Shown piece by piece: positions 13,830 through 26,164 of a stretch of DNA of 64,000 nt. The stretch covers positions 91,411,145 to 91,475,144 of the forward strand of contig NC_057718.1 of assembly GCF_004010195.1 (NCBI RefSeq), written 5' to 3'. Below the pieces are notes generated by a model. The model did not search any database. It was given only the letters and a program-made list of their open reading frames with translations, and had not been told where the DNA came from. How positions within the stretch are numbered: the first letter of the stretch is position 1; each line of letters begins with the position of its first letter. Source of the DNA: Chiloscyllium plagiosum. Taxonomy: Eukaryota. Position numbers and translations under genes: made by a program.

Positions 13830-14639
13830 TGGAGAAAGTGAGGACTGCAGATGCTGGAGATCAGAGTCAAAATGTGTGGCACTTGAAAAGCACAGCCAGC
13901 ATCCGAGGAGTAGGCGAGTCGACATTTCAAGCATAATCTCTTCATCAGGAATGTGGGGGCCTGCTGAGAGATAAATGGGAGGGGGTGGGGCTGGGTGGTA
14001 GGAGTCTGGGAATATGACAGGTAGATGAAGGTGGGGGGGTGATGATGATAGGTCAGAGCAGAGGGTGGAGTGGATGGGTGGAGAGGAACATGGACAGGTA
14101 GGACAGTTCAAGAGGGTAGTGCCAAGTTGGAGCGTCGGATCTGGTATAAGGTGGAGGGAGGGGAGATGAGGAAACGGGTGAAATCGACATTGATGCTGTG
14201 TGATTGGACGGTCCCAAGGCAGAAGATGGGATGTTCTTTACTTATCTCATCTTCCAGCTTGGGATCCTTCAACCACATGGAATCAATGTCAGTTTCACCA
14301 GTTGCCTCATCTACGCTCCTCCCATGTTATCCCAGATCCAATTCTCCAACTCAGCACCACCCTCTTGGACCGCTCTACCTGTCCATGTTCCTTCCCTTCT
14401 ATCTGCTCCACCGTCTGCTCTGACCTATCCCCATCACCTCCCCCCCCCACCTTCATCTACCTATCACATTCCTAGCTACCTTCCCCCAGCCCCACACCCC
14501 TCCCATTTATCTCTCAGCCCCATTGAACCCCCCCCCCCCCCCCAACATTCCTGATGAAGAGATTATGCTCAAAACATCGACTCTTTAGCTCCTCAAATGC
14601 TGCTTGACCGGCTGTGCTTTTCCAGCACTACGTTTTTCA
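13830..14639. mobile_element. Fold-back Penelope-like element with 13-bp TSD
   Basis: ~13870-14200 is inverted relative to ~14280-14639. LIFQLGILQPHGIN endonuclease tail. Eroded hammerhead cores at ~13921-13948 (-) and 14551-14578 (+). TSD cactgttaaatac at 13817-13829 and 14640-14652. Confidence 0.8.
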
Positions 14640-15899
14640 CACTGTTAAATACACTCACCTATTCTAGTTAGCTCCCTCCTGCAATGTCGTCTCCTCTTTA
14701 TAACAAGGTTGTGTCCTTGCATGTTACCCCAAATTCAACGTCTGCCTTTCAGCAGACTCTCAACTGATTTGTTATAACCGTCAATTGTTGACCCAACACT
14801 TTAAAGAGAGTTGCCGCTACATAATACCTGAAGTCTTCACCAAAATGACTATGACCACATGAGAACCGAGCACGCTGTACAGTGATGCAAAATTGTTAGC
14901 ATGCTCACCTCTATTTGGGATAATTCCTCAGCCTATTGAATGTTCCATCTATTATCATTTGAGACGAAAGATTTGATCAAAAATGTAGATTTCTTGTGAG
15001 TGTTTTAAAGGAGAATAGAAAAATAGAGAGGTTAATACATTAAAAAAGACATAAATGGGACTGAAATTTAAGCCTGGAAGAATAATCTTGTATTTCCATC
15101 ACGAGCGTACATTTTTAATTAAACTTTTGGATTGGAAGTAAACTTTTTTTTGTGCCAATACCACTTTTCTTGATTGGAAATCACTGAAGAAAGTTTATTT
15201 TGGCATGGTCCTTGTCTAATTTATGACTGATTAATATTTATTATTGAATGAGTTGTTCAATAAATACATTCACTCAGGTAACCAAAGGAAACCTAACCTT
15301 TGATTATTATTTCAGATAAATTATTACTTTTGATTTTTAACATATGTAACTATCATCAAAGAATAAGCATGATTATAGTTTACTACAAGTTTCACTTCAT
15401 TTAATAATGATTGAGAAAGAATCTAAGCTTGCCTACAACTTTTGAAATTATTAAGAAATACTGAGAAATGCAAGTCTTAACAAAATAAAACATTACTTAT
15501 ATTAATTTCCACATAGTTCCTATAATTCTAATAATTGATGTTTGATTTCACTAAGTTAAATATTTCTCCCTAATTATTTTTCAGTTGCAACTTTCAAATG
15601 TAGACACAGTTACTTGCTATTACTCCATTTTACTGTTATAAAAGCATGCGAAAACCTCATTAAAAGTGACCAGCTGATCCATGAAGCCTGTCTCATGTAG
15701 TCATGGTACAACTGCACATCATGACCACAAGTGTTCTTATTCACCAAATTATTTAATCTCCTGGCAAAGGTTAAAAAAACCAATTTGAAAAATGTTTAGA
15801 CTACTTGAGGGAAATTTTAGAAATTTATCTTCAATGTCTAATGGTGTTCAAAATATTTTCCAGGAGACTATGTTGATATTTCACCTTATTTCTTGATTA

Positions 15900-16535
15900 T
15901 GTCACAAAGCTAGTCCTTTTATTTTCTAAAAGCTGTTCTTTGGCTCAAGGATACACCGTTCTTGATTTTTTTCAGAGGGGTAGTAAACCAGGCTCCAATC
16001 AGTCTGATTTGGTACAGAGATGAAAAGGATATTGAGAGGCATTTTGTTTATAGGTAAACAGATGAGACTTCAGGCCAAAGTGGTCATATTTTAGAAGTGA
16101 CCTGTGGAATGAAAGGGGACTGGTCAGCTCTGTAGCTGAGCAATTTAATTTAGTCCAGAACTGGTTGGGAGTTCAACAGTGAACTGTGTGGAAACTCTCT
16201 CTTCTGCCCCTCTAACTTCAACCTGGAAGCATCTGAGCCTTTTTTGTACTGTGTTTTAAAGGGGTTATGGTTATTGGGACTATTGTGTATATTCAGAATA
16301 GCATACTTAAGTCTAGTTTGGATAGACTGGGTTCTGTCGGGGTTCTTTATTCTGTTTTTCGTGTTTTATTGTGTAATTTTGTGAATACATTTTTTGTCTG
16401 TTTTAAACCTGGGAGTCAACCTCGCTAACTTAATCCAGGTAATTTTCACTGTACACTTACCGAAACAAATTTCAAAGTTATACTCTGGGCTGCCTGCTTA
16501 AGAATGTTTTGAGTGATCTGGCCTAATCCATAACA
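15900..16535 (+). repeat. 5' LTR (636 bp)
   Basis: Starts tgtcacaaagctagtc and ends taaca; direct repeat of 19962-20593. Confidence 0.92.
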
Positions 16536-16636
16536 GATTTTAGGCGCTTTGTGGGACTTTAAACAGCAAGTGGTAGGTGCTAGTGTCTTTATTTTGAGTG
16601 TTGATTTGGTTGGGTAGGACAAAGCTTGGGATAGTA

Positions 16637-17570
16637 ATGGCTCTTTCAGTCACCAAAGGTTTTCTGGATGTGGATGCGGTGACTTTGGAAGTTTTGCAAA
16701 AAGTGAATAACACCAAGCTGCAGAAATTAGCAGAGAAGCTGGAATTGGAACTGCCTGCTTCTGAGAGGAAAGAAGAGATAATTACAACAGTAGCTCAGCA
16801 TTTAAACTTGCTGGAGAAACCATCAGAATCTGTAGAGATGGTAAGAATTCAATTGCAAATGAAGCAGCTTGAGTTAGAGGCGAGAGATAAAGAAAGGGCA
16901 GCAGAAATGAAACAGTTTGAGTTACGATTAAAAGCAGAAGAGAGGGAGAAAGAGAGAGCAGAGAAAGATAAAGACAAAGCTTTTGAACTTCAAAAACTGA
17001 CAATTGAAAAGGAAAGTCTGCTTAAAAGGCTGGAGATAAAGGCTGAGGGTGGCTTAGCAAGGAAGAGAGTGAGAATGAGCAAGTCCCTGGTAGTCAGAAA
17101 TCTAGTGAGAAACTGTTTAATTATATTCAAGCATTGCCTAAAATGATGAGAAGGACGTGGAAGCCTTTTTCATCTAATTTGAAAAGGTGGCTAAACAAAT
17201 GCAGTGGCAAGTGGCAATGTGGGTTTTGTTGATTCAAATGAAACTTGCAGGGAGGGCTGTTGAGGTATTCTATACAGGAGGTATCTGGGAGTTTGAGGAG
17301 GTGAAAAACTCAACTTTAAATGCATATGAGCTTGTACCAGAAGCCAATTGACAACATTTCAAGAATCTAAGGACAGACCTGGTCAAACCTATATTGAGTT
17401 TGAAAGGATCAAGCAGAGTAATTTTGATAGATAGATAAGAGCTTTAAAAATCGAGCAAAACTATGATGCCCTTAAGAGAGGTAGTTATTTTGGAGGAATT
17501 CAAAAATTCACTACCTGACGTAATGGAAACTCATATGGAAGAGCAGAGAGTTAAAACAGCAAGGTTAGCA
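16637..17570 (+). pseudogene. gag remnant (coiled coil plus capsid/SCAN-related region)
   Basis: MALSVTKGFL...KLQKLAEKLELELP...E/K/R-rich coiled coil, then frameshifted DEKDVEAFF..FEKVAKQMQW..AYELVPEA..LEEFKNSLP..EEQRVKTA. Confidence 0.75.
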
Positions 17571-17571
17571 A

Positions 17572-18359
17572 GGATTCTGTCAGTCCCCTGCCTCAAACAA
17601 AAAGTGGGAATAAGTATTTATTAACAATCATGGATGTGTCAACTAGATTTCCAGAGGCAATCCCATTATGCAACATCACAGCAAAAAGGGTTGTAAAAGA
17701 ATTACTTAATTTTTTTATTAGATACAGACTGCCAATAGAGATCCAGTCAGATCAAGGATTAAACTTCACATCTAAACTATTCAAGGAGGTTATGGATACT
17801 TCGGGAATAAAGCAATTCAAATCTACTCTGTACCACCCAGAATTGTAGGGAGTGCTAGAGAGATGGCATCAAGCATTAAAGACCATGTTGAGGACTTATT
17901 GTCGGGATTATCCAGATGATTGGGATAAGGGAGTTCTGTTTGTTTGATTAAAGTGAAATTAAATAGTCAGAATTCAGAGATCACCTATTTGGACTATGTG
18001 TCAAATTTTAAAGAGCTGGAGAGTTGGCTAAACAGTATGTAAAAGTACCACAGCACACCATGAAATAGGACGCAAATAAGAAATCACAGATTCACAATTT
18101 TGCAATTGGGGATAAGGTATTGGTGTAACTTCCAGTGACAGGTGAGCCTTTAAAAGCCAGGTTTAGTGAACTTTATCAAATTGAGAGGAAATTGAGTAAG
18201 GTGAACTACTTGATAAGGACTCCAGACAGGAAGAAATCTCACAGAGTGTGTCATGTGAATATGCTCGAAAGGTATTTTGACAGGGAAGAAAAGCAAGAGG
18301 AGAAGGTGTTAATGATTACAGCACAGATGGAAGAACAAAGTTCAGAGGATTCTGAATAG
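17572..18359 (+). pseudogene. Integrase core and C-terminal remnant
   Basis: PLPQTKSGNKYLLTIMDVSTRFPEAIPL...IQSDQGLNFTSKLF...STLYHPE...LERWHQALK; C-terminal PLKARFSELYQI...CHVNML. Confidence 0.88.
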
Positions 18360-18514
18360 GACATTCCTCAAATCAAATTGGACAATGAGGAAGTTGACAA
18401 AAATTGGGATAAATTATTGAGTTATCTCTCACAAGAAAATCAAATGACCTGAAAGAGTTATTGTTATAACATGAGGAGATAGGCGGAAATAAACTGGGAA
18501 GTACTAACCTAATT

Positions 18515-19790
18515 GTGCATGATGTAGATATAGGAGATGCTATTCCGATTAAACAACATCCTTATAGGCATAATCCTCTAAAGTTGGCACAGGTTCAGAA
18601 GGACATAGAGCGCATGCTCCAAGATAGCATAATCCAAGTGAGTTACAGTGACTGGAGCTCACCCATAGTCATGGTGCCAAAGCCAGATGGTATCCAACAA
18701 TTATGTGTGGACTGTCGCAAAGTCAACCCGGTTACAAAGACTGATGCATATCCAACTCCGCAGTTGGAGGACTGTGTCAAAAACGTGGGACAAGCAACTT
18801 ACATTTCTAAGTTGGACTTGCTCAGAGGCTACTGGCAAGTACCTCTGTCAGAGAGAGCAAAGGCAATTTCAGCTTTCGTAACACCTAATGGACTATATCA
18901 GTTCAAAGTCATGTCATTTGGTATGAAAAACGCACCAGCCACATTTCAGAGACTGACTAATAAGGTCATTGCTGGATTACCCAAATGTGCTGTTTACATT
19001 GATGACCTGGTGATTTTTAGTCACTCATGGAAAGAACATTTATAGTGTTTATTGGACTAGTTTGATCGACTTCGGAAGGCAGGCTTGCTAAAAGTGAATT
19101 TGCCAAAGCCGGAGTCACTTTACTGAGCCATGTTATTGAACCAGTGGCCCCACGGGATGCAAAAATGAAAGTAATTCGGGAATTTCCCACACCGTTGACG
19201 AAAGGAGCGTCAACGGTGGGATTGAGTTTGTAGGATTGGGTGGATTTTACGCCAAGTTTGTGCTGAACTTTAGCAGTGTGACTGCTCCATCCACTGTATT
19301 GTTAAGGAAAGGGCAAGAAGTTTCAGTGGACAGCGGACTTTCAAAAGGCATGTGACAGTCTAAAAACTGTGTTAACCAGTGCCCCAGTATTAGCCACACC
19401 AGATTACACACAACCTTTCAAGTTGGCTAACGATGCCAGTGATGTGGGTGTTGGTGCGGTGCTCCTGCAGGAGGATGACGAAAGGATAGAAAGACCCATC
19501 ACGCAATTTTCCAGGCAGTTGAATTTCATCAACAGAAATATTCAACAGTGGAGAAAGAGACTTTAAGTTTGGTGTTGGCATTACAATATTTCAGTGTTTA
19601 TATTACCAGCAATGCATCTGAGACAATCGTATACACTGATCATAACCCATTGATGTTTGTGAAAAAATTTAAGAACAAAAATGCCAGACTGTTTAGATGG
19701 AGTTTGTTGTTGCAGCCATTCAGTTCAACAATTATGCATGTGACAGGTCGCGAAAACATGATGGCTAATGCGTTATCAAGACTCAAATGA
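18515..19790 (+). pseudogene. Reverse transcriptase plus RNase H remnant
   Basis: PIKQHPYR..SDWSSPIVMVPKPDG..KLDLLRGYWQVP..FGMKNAPATFQR..YIDD (gypsy RT); then DASDVGVGAVLLQ, EKETLSLV, YTDHNPL, NMMANALSR (RNase H). Confidence 0.92.
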
Positions 19791-19961
19791 GATATGGAGG
19801 CATTTGCTAGCGGGTGTAATGCAGCCTGAATTTGCATGTGGTTCTGCATGTTTGCATGTTTATAGTGGATATGTGTGTTTAGACTACTAACCGGGTTTTC
19901 GAAGGGTTAAAAATCAAGCCATCTTTTGATATTGATGATTCATTTTTTTTAAGGGGGGAGT

Positions 19962-20593
19962 TGTCACAAAGCTAGTCGTTTTTTTCTAAAATCTGTTCCT
20001 TTTCTCAAGGATACACTGTCCTTGATTTTTTTCAGAGTGATAATAAACCAGGCTGGGCTCCAATCAGTCTGGTTTGGTACAGAAATGAAAAGGATTTTGA
20101 GAGGCCTTTTGTTTATACGTAAACAGATGAGACTTCAGGCCAAAGTGGTCATGTTTTAGAAGTGACCTCTATAATGAAAGGGGACTGGTCAGCTCTCTAG
20201 CTGAGCAGTTTAGTTCAGTCCAGAAGTGGTTGGGAATTCAACAGTGAACTGTGTGGAAACTCTCTCTTCTGCCCTTCTAACTTCAATCTGTAAGCATCTG
20301 ACTCTTTCTGTACTGTGTTTTACAGGGGGTTTGCTTATTGGGACTGTGGTGTATATTTGGAATAGCATATTTAAGTCTCGTTTGGATCGACTGAGTTCTG
20401 TTGGGGTTCTTTATTCTGTTCTTCGTGTTTCTTTGTAATTTTGTGAATACATTTTTTGTTTTAAACCTGGTAGTCAACCTTGCTAACTTAATTCGAGTAA
20501 TTTTCACTGTACACTTACTGAAACAAATTTCAAAGTTATGGTCTGGGCTGTCTGCTTAAGAATGTTTCGAGTGGTCTGGCCTAGTTAATAACA
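19962..20593 (+). repeat. 3' LTR (632 bp)
   Basis: Follows the polypurine tract; tgtcacaaagctagtc...taaca. Confidence 0.92.
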
Positions 20594-20890
20594 ATTAATC
20601 TAAAGTAGTTTGCACTCTTAATGAAATGAAACAGTTTTACCTTTCAGCTTGTGAAATGATACGTCCCTTTTGGTTAATAGTGACTCCAATATCTAACTCC
20701 AAAAGTAGCTTGAAGATTATTACCCAACAATTACTAGAACTCTTACCAATTTTTATAAATGCACCACAGAAATCATCCTAACTGGATACATCACAGCTTG
20801 GTATGGTAACTGCTCTGCCTGAGACCACAAGAAACTATAGAGTTGTGAACATAGCCCAATCCATCATGAAAACCAGCCTTCTTTCATTGA

Positions 20891-21122
20891 GCTGAAAAAT
20901 GAGATGCTGGAAAAGCGCAGCAGTTCAGGCAGCATCCAAGGAGCAGGAGAATCGACGTTTCGGGCATAAGCCCTTCTTCAGGAATGAGCTTCATTCCTGA
21001 AGAAGGGATTATGCCCGAGACATCGATTCTCCTGCTCCTTGGATGCTGCCTGACCTGCTGCGCTTTTCCAGCAACACATTTTTCATCTCTGATCTCCAGC
21101 ATCTGCAGTCCTCACTTTCTCC
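20891..21122. mobile_element. Short palindromic Penelope-derived element with two divergent hammerhead cores
   Basis: Arms mirror around gaatgagcttcattc (~20989). Minus core 20954-20981 is intact; plus core 20997-21024 is eroded. Confidence 0.8.
20954..20981 (-). ncRNA. Minimal hammerhead ribozyme core (family A)
   Basis: Minus strand reads CTGAAGA-A-GGGC-TTAT-GCCC-GAAA-C-GTC. Confidence 0.7.
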
Positions 21123-21853
21123 TTCTTCCTATTGACTCCGTCTACAGTTCCCGCTGCCTCGGGAAAGCAGCCGACATCATCAAAGATCAATCCCACCCAG
21201 CTATACTCTCTTCCATCAGGCAGAAAATACAAATGTTTGAAAACACATACCAGCACACTTAAGAGTAGCTTCTTCCCTGTTGTTGTCAGACTTAAGAACA
21301 GACCTCTCATATATTAGAGTTGATCTTTCTCTGCAGCTGTAACACTATATTTTGCATTCTGTTCTATTACCATTATATACTTTTATAAGGTATCATTTGT
21401 CTGGTTAGCATGCAAAACAACACTTTTCACTGTATCTCAGTACATATGACAATAATAAATCAAATCAAAATATAAATGCCAACATTATATTAATCAGTCT
21501 GTTAGATTTATCTTCATGAAAACATACTGAGGTTAATAGCTATCAAAATCACTGATGTGCGAACTGAACACAGAGAGTGATGTGTTCTCTGCATTGGACA
21601 CATTCATGAAGTGCAAGTCCCTGAATCTTCAACTTGATAAAATAGAGCTTTCCAAGAAAAATGTTAACTCTCTTAATTAATAAAGTAATTATTAATATGG
21701 AACATGCCCTCAAAGAATTCATTGACCAGATTATTCTCAGAGATTTTTGAAGAAAATGTGATGGTTACAGAACCTATTATCAATGGTTGAGGATAAAATG
21801 TAGTGGTATCTAGACAGTATTGTAATCAGTAATGAACCATTTTCTCTTTTCAG

Positions 21854-21944
21854 CTATCTAAGTGAGCCTTGGTGCATGAGTATATATCATGATCGTTTCA
21901 TGGACTTCAAACAAGAAGTGCGGCAGTTAATGGAATCCCACAAG
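21854..21944 (+). CDS. CFAP61: Cilia- and flagella-associated protein 61, penultimate coding exon
   Basis: Acceptor tttctcttttcag, donor AAG|gtatct; 91 nt reading (S)YLSEPWCMSIYHDRFMDFKQEVRQLMESHK, matching the recalled CFAP61 motif EPWC..HDRF; phase-compatible with the next exon. Not in the ORF track. Confidence 0.88.
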
Positions 21945-22789
21945 GTATCTCATTCTCTTTTATGGTTACTGTTTTGAAAGTGAAAACATATTTTCACAAT
22001 ACAAAAGAAAAGAACTGTGGAATACTGCAGAAATCCAAACTAAAAACGGAAATTGCTGGAAATACCCAGCAGGTTGAATAGAATTTACGGAGACTGAAGT
22101 GGCTGGAGACTGATCTTAGTAAATTAAAAGCAGAAGTGAAGAATAATCAGCACAATTTACTTTATAGTTTCCTGACTGCTGATTGTTTATTCCTGTGTGA
22201 ACAGGTTGCTGGCCACCTGGTATAGTAACATGACAGCGGGGTGGCGGGGAGGGGGATTTACGTTTTATTGTTTTAATTTGAGTTTTACTGACAGTGCTGG
22301 AAATCTGAGGCAGGCTCTCTACCTAGCTCACTTGGGGAACTGGCAGCATACTCAGCTTTTCCAAGGAAGCCCCTGACCTGACTTCACACACACACAGGGA
22401 GTACATGTTGTGCATATTACATACTGTAATGTCAGGATATTTTTGCACCTTTGGCTACCCAATGCCAAATGTTGCTGTAATTATTAACCCAGTGTTCACC
22501 AGCCAAGTCATTACATGATTTCGTGGTGGTAGCCATTTTGCAACTAAAGAAAGCAAATTTTGTTAAATGTAGCCATTAGGCAGTAAAGAACTTGAATATT
22601 ATTGCAAAAAGAGGCACTTTGTCAAAACTTTTATCTTCCAAGAAAAAACAATGTGAAGAGAAAACAAAATTTGTAGTGTATGAGAGAGAGTGCAGAATGG
22701 TTTCCAAGTTGACTTTGATTAGTCAGGATGTTGCCATGGAGAATGTACAGGTTACATAAAAGTATGTAACCTGTGCATTCTCCATGGCC

Positions 22790-23940
22790 CTTGAGCCAGT
22801 TTTCATCAAGCTCAATACCCTAATCCTGCCTTCCCCCTATATCCCTTGATCTCTTTAGCCTCAAGTATTATATCTCCCTCCTTCTTGAAAACATGATGCT
22901 TTGGTCTCAACCACATTCTGTGGTAGTGAATTCCACAGGCTCACCTCTCTCTGGGTGAACAAATTACTCCTCATCTCAGTCATAAAAGGTTTACCCCTTA
23001 TCCTTAAACTATGACCCTTGCTTCTAGATTCCCTCACCATCAGGAACATATTCATGCATCTAACCTGTCTAATCCAGTTAGAATTTTATGGTTTCTATGA
23101 GATTTCCTGTCATTCTTCTAAACTCCAGTGAACACAATCGTAATCAACACAATTTCTCTTCTGCCATCCTAGGAATCGATTGGTAAACCTTTTGTGCACT
23201 CCCTATATAGCAAGAACATCCACAATATTTCAGGTGTGGCCTCACCAAAACCTGTATAATTGCAACAAGATATCCTTGTTACTGTACTCAAATCATTTTG
23301 CTATGAAGGTCAATATATAGTTTGCCTTATTTACTGCCTGTAGCACCTGCACACTTACTTTCAGTGATTGCTGCATGAGGACACCCAGGTCTGTTGAACA
23401 TTGCCCTTGCTCAATTCACAGCCATTCACATCATAATCTATCTTCCTATTTTTGCTACCAAAGTGGATAACCTCACATCTATCCACATTATACTGCATCT
23501 GCCATGCATTTGTCCACTTACTCAACCTGTCCGAATTACACTACAACATCTCTGCATCCTCCTCACAGTTCACCTTTTCACCCAGCTTTGTGTGAAAAAT
23601 TTGAGATATTACATTTAGTTCCCTCGTCTAAATCATTAACATATGAATAGATGGTGTCCTCAGCTGGCTCGCCACCACCTGCCATTCAGAAAAAGACCCA
23701 TGTATTCCTACTGTTTATTTCCTGTCTGCCAACTAATTTTCTGTCCATCTGAAAGCACTACCCAAACTCATGCACTTTAATCTTACACATTATTCTCTTT
23801 TGTGGGACTTTGGAAAAAGCCTTCTGAAAGTCCGAATGGACCACATCGATTGGTTGCCCGATCAACTCTAATAGTTACATCCTGGAAGGAACCAAGATTT
23901 TTCAAGCATGATTTCACTTGTGTAAATACATAATGATGTC
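22790..23940 (-). mobile_element. Degenerate CR1 LINE fragment
   Basis: Minus ORF ESRSKGHSLRIRGKPF..NLFTQREVSLWNSLP and further RT remnants. Confidence 0.8.
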
Positions 23941-25193
23941 CTACGGATCTCTACAAATTTCACGTAAACTGTAAACCAGGCAGGTTGACTCTGATTGATC
24001 AAGGCATTACCCTAAGAAATTAAACAGAGAATGACTGTCACTTATTTTGTTGTGTGAAAACAGGCAGTTATATATGTACCTGTGAAGAAGAGAGCCCCAT
24101 GTATTAGTTCATGTAGTTTTCCAAATCAAATCCTGGTAACCATTAAAAATCACTCAACATCAGGTTATATTCCAACTGGCTAGCTTCCAAATAAACCTGT
24201 TGGACTATAACCTGGTGTTGTGGGTGATTTTTAACTTTGTTCACTCCAATCCAACAGTGGCTCCTCCACATACTGGAAACCCAACTGACAACTCTAATTT
24301 GGTTGTCAGCATAATCTTTGTGTATTTAGGATTTAGCAAGTGTTGCCCAGTCACAGTCACCACATCAGTACTGAAACGCAGATAGTTGTGCCACTAACAG
24401 GATGTTGTCATCAAGCCAAAACATTCTTCCAATCACACCAACGGATTATTCGATAAATAAATGTCAATGTTGTTGGTGTGGTGCTCGTTACGTAGGCCGT
24501 ACGGCTCAAAGACCAGGAGATTATATCAAATAGCACAACTCCCTGAATATTCATAATAAGCAAGGTGCTGACTGTCCCCAATCAGCGCGTTCCCTATCTA
24601 AACAGGAAACAGGTTAAGCTGATCTCGCTGGTGTTGGTACCTCCCATCAGTACTTCCAATCCATATTTCCTTTCAAAACAGTTATCACACTAAATGTTTT
24701 TGTCAAAAAGGTTATGAAATGTTTTGGAACACACTGAGCGCACCAAAAGCATAATATAAATGTTTATTTTCTCTGTGTTGTGAGACTTTGTCACCTGCCT
24801 ATGGGAGTGCATGGAAATGATGTTTGTACCGGTTCACGGAGGAAAATGTGTTTTAGCTAATATTTATTCATCGTTTGCTGCTAATGGGGACCTATCTCTG
24901 CGCGTGTGGCTAATTAGCTGTGAAGGTTTTGGAATGCGTCGTGTTAATTATGAGTTAAGATGATTCCTTTATTTGACCATGTTTTGACCTGCCCTTTGCA
25001 GTTTCTTGACGAAAGTGTGAATTTTCGTACAGTTTATGGTCCAGTTAAGTCTGAAGCTGAGGCCTGTGAAATAATGTTTGTTGGGTCCATTATGATTTTT
25101 TTTTGCTTGATAAATCACAGTGAAATCAGCAAGCTTTGGCTGATTCTCGAGCTTGGTCGTCATAAGATTGTTTTTTTTCTCTTTCACCGCAAG

Positions 25194-25394
25194 GTGAATG
25201 TCGAGGAGCCTATCGAGGAGCTGATTCGTCGGATAGCGGATGGAGAGCTGCTGGTACCAGGAAATACCAAGGAATTTTTGGAGCAGCAATTTGCGAAAGA
25301 CGGTTACCAGAAGTTGGTAGAAAAAAGCGTCCTAAACTACCTGAGCTACAATCGTTACCACCTCCCAATGTTTGCAAGGCCTGGTATTGTTTAG
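25194..25394 (+). CDS. CFAP61: CFAP61 terminal coding exon
   Basis: Acceptor ttttttttctctttcaccgcaag; VNVEEPIEELIRRIADGE...KLVEKSVLNYLSYNRYHLPMFARPGIV*, matching the recalled vertebrate CFAP61 C-terminus (YNRYHLPM.A.PGIV); directly upstream of INSM1 as in human. Confidence 0.92.
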   Translation: MNVEEPIEELIRRIADGELLVPGNTKEFLEQQFAKDGYQKLVEKSVLNYLSYNRYHLPMFARPGIV

Positions 25395-26164
25395 ATATCA
25401 ACAGTGAGGGAGGGGTTTGTATTGAAATTAATTTCTCTTAATGTTTGCTCAGTCCAGAAAACTTTGCCAATGATTAATAATGTCCAGTTTAATGGACATT
25501 AACTTTGTACACCCCAGTCCAACACCGGCTTCGCCAAATCAGTTTATTGGAGGCACGCTGTTGATGCACTTAGCCAGAAGATGGCGCACGATTACAAGGC
25601 TAATGGGTGGGAGATGGAAGCCCCCCCACCCCTCCCTCTCCCCACAAGATTTTGTTTCCTTTAAAATGTTTACTCGAGTGTAGCTTTTCGTGTACAACAA
25701 ATAAAGCGGGTGTTCATTTCCTCGAATGCAAGGTGTTTGTCAGTCTTGTGCACCGTTTTGCCCCTGCATTCAGCGTAAAGCTGGTCGGGAAACAGCACCT
25801 GATCAACACACACAGGCAACAGGAAGAACATGGGGGGGATCTCTTTCCAGAGAAATTTCACCCTGAACAAGAGGGTGTGGACCATATGCAAAATTAATGC
25901 TGAAAAATTTATTCTTTTGCGTGTTACTCTTGGCGATGAGCTTGTGGTATTTTCGCCAGACTATTAATAGAGACAAAAAAAACTGCAGGTGCTGGAAATG
26001 TGAAACAAAAACAGGTTTGGAGAAATTCAGCAAGTCTGGTAGCCTTTGTGGAGAGAGAAACGGTTAATGTTCATTAACTCGAAACGTTATCTCTGTTTAC
26101 TCTCCACTGGCGCTGCCAGACCGACCGACTTTCTCCAGCCCTCTGTTTTTAAATTCTGTTTATT

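Larger units (their letters stand above)
15900..20593 (+). mobile_element. Ty3/gypsy LTR retrotransposon, Gmr1-like (gag-IN-RT-RNaseH), defective
   Basis: Two TG...CA LTRs, 4-bp TSD ATTA (15896-15899 and 20594-20597), PPT aaggggggag at 19951-19960, eroded PBS after 16535, and internal gag/IN/RT/RH remnants with stops and frameshifts. Confidence 0.93.
20738..21470 (+). mobile_element. Rex1/Babar-like LINE 3' fragment, interrupted by a Penelope-derived insert
   Basis: TLTNFYKCTTEIILTGYITAWYGNCSA (DUF1891-like) ... IDSVYSSRCLGKAADIIKD..PSGRKYK..SSFFPVVVRL; tail 'acaataataaatcaaatc'. Confidence 0.8.

Noticed and set aside
15585..15641. Possible further upstream CFAP61 exon (acceptor then LQLSNVDTVTCYYS)
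   Set aside because: In-frame stop with no donor; resemblance too weak. Upstream exons probably lie outside the window.
24960..25193. N-terminal part of the 144-aa ORF
   Set aside because: Intronic read-through upstream of the CFAP61 splice acceptor at 25193.
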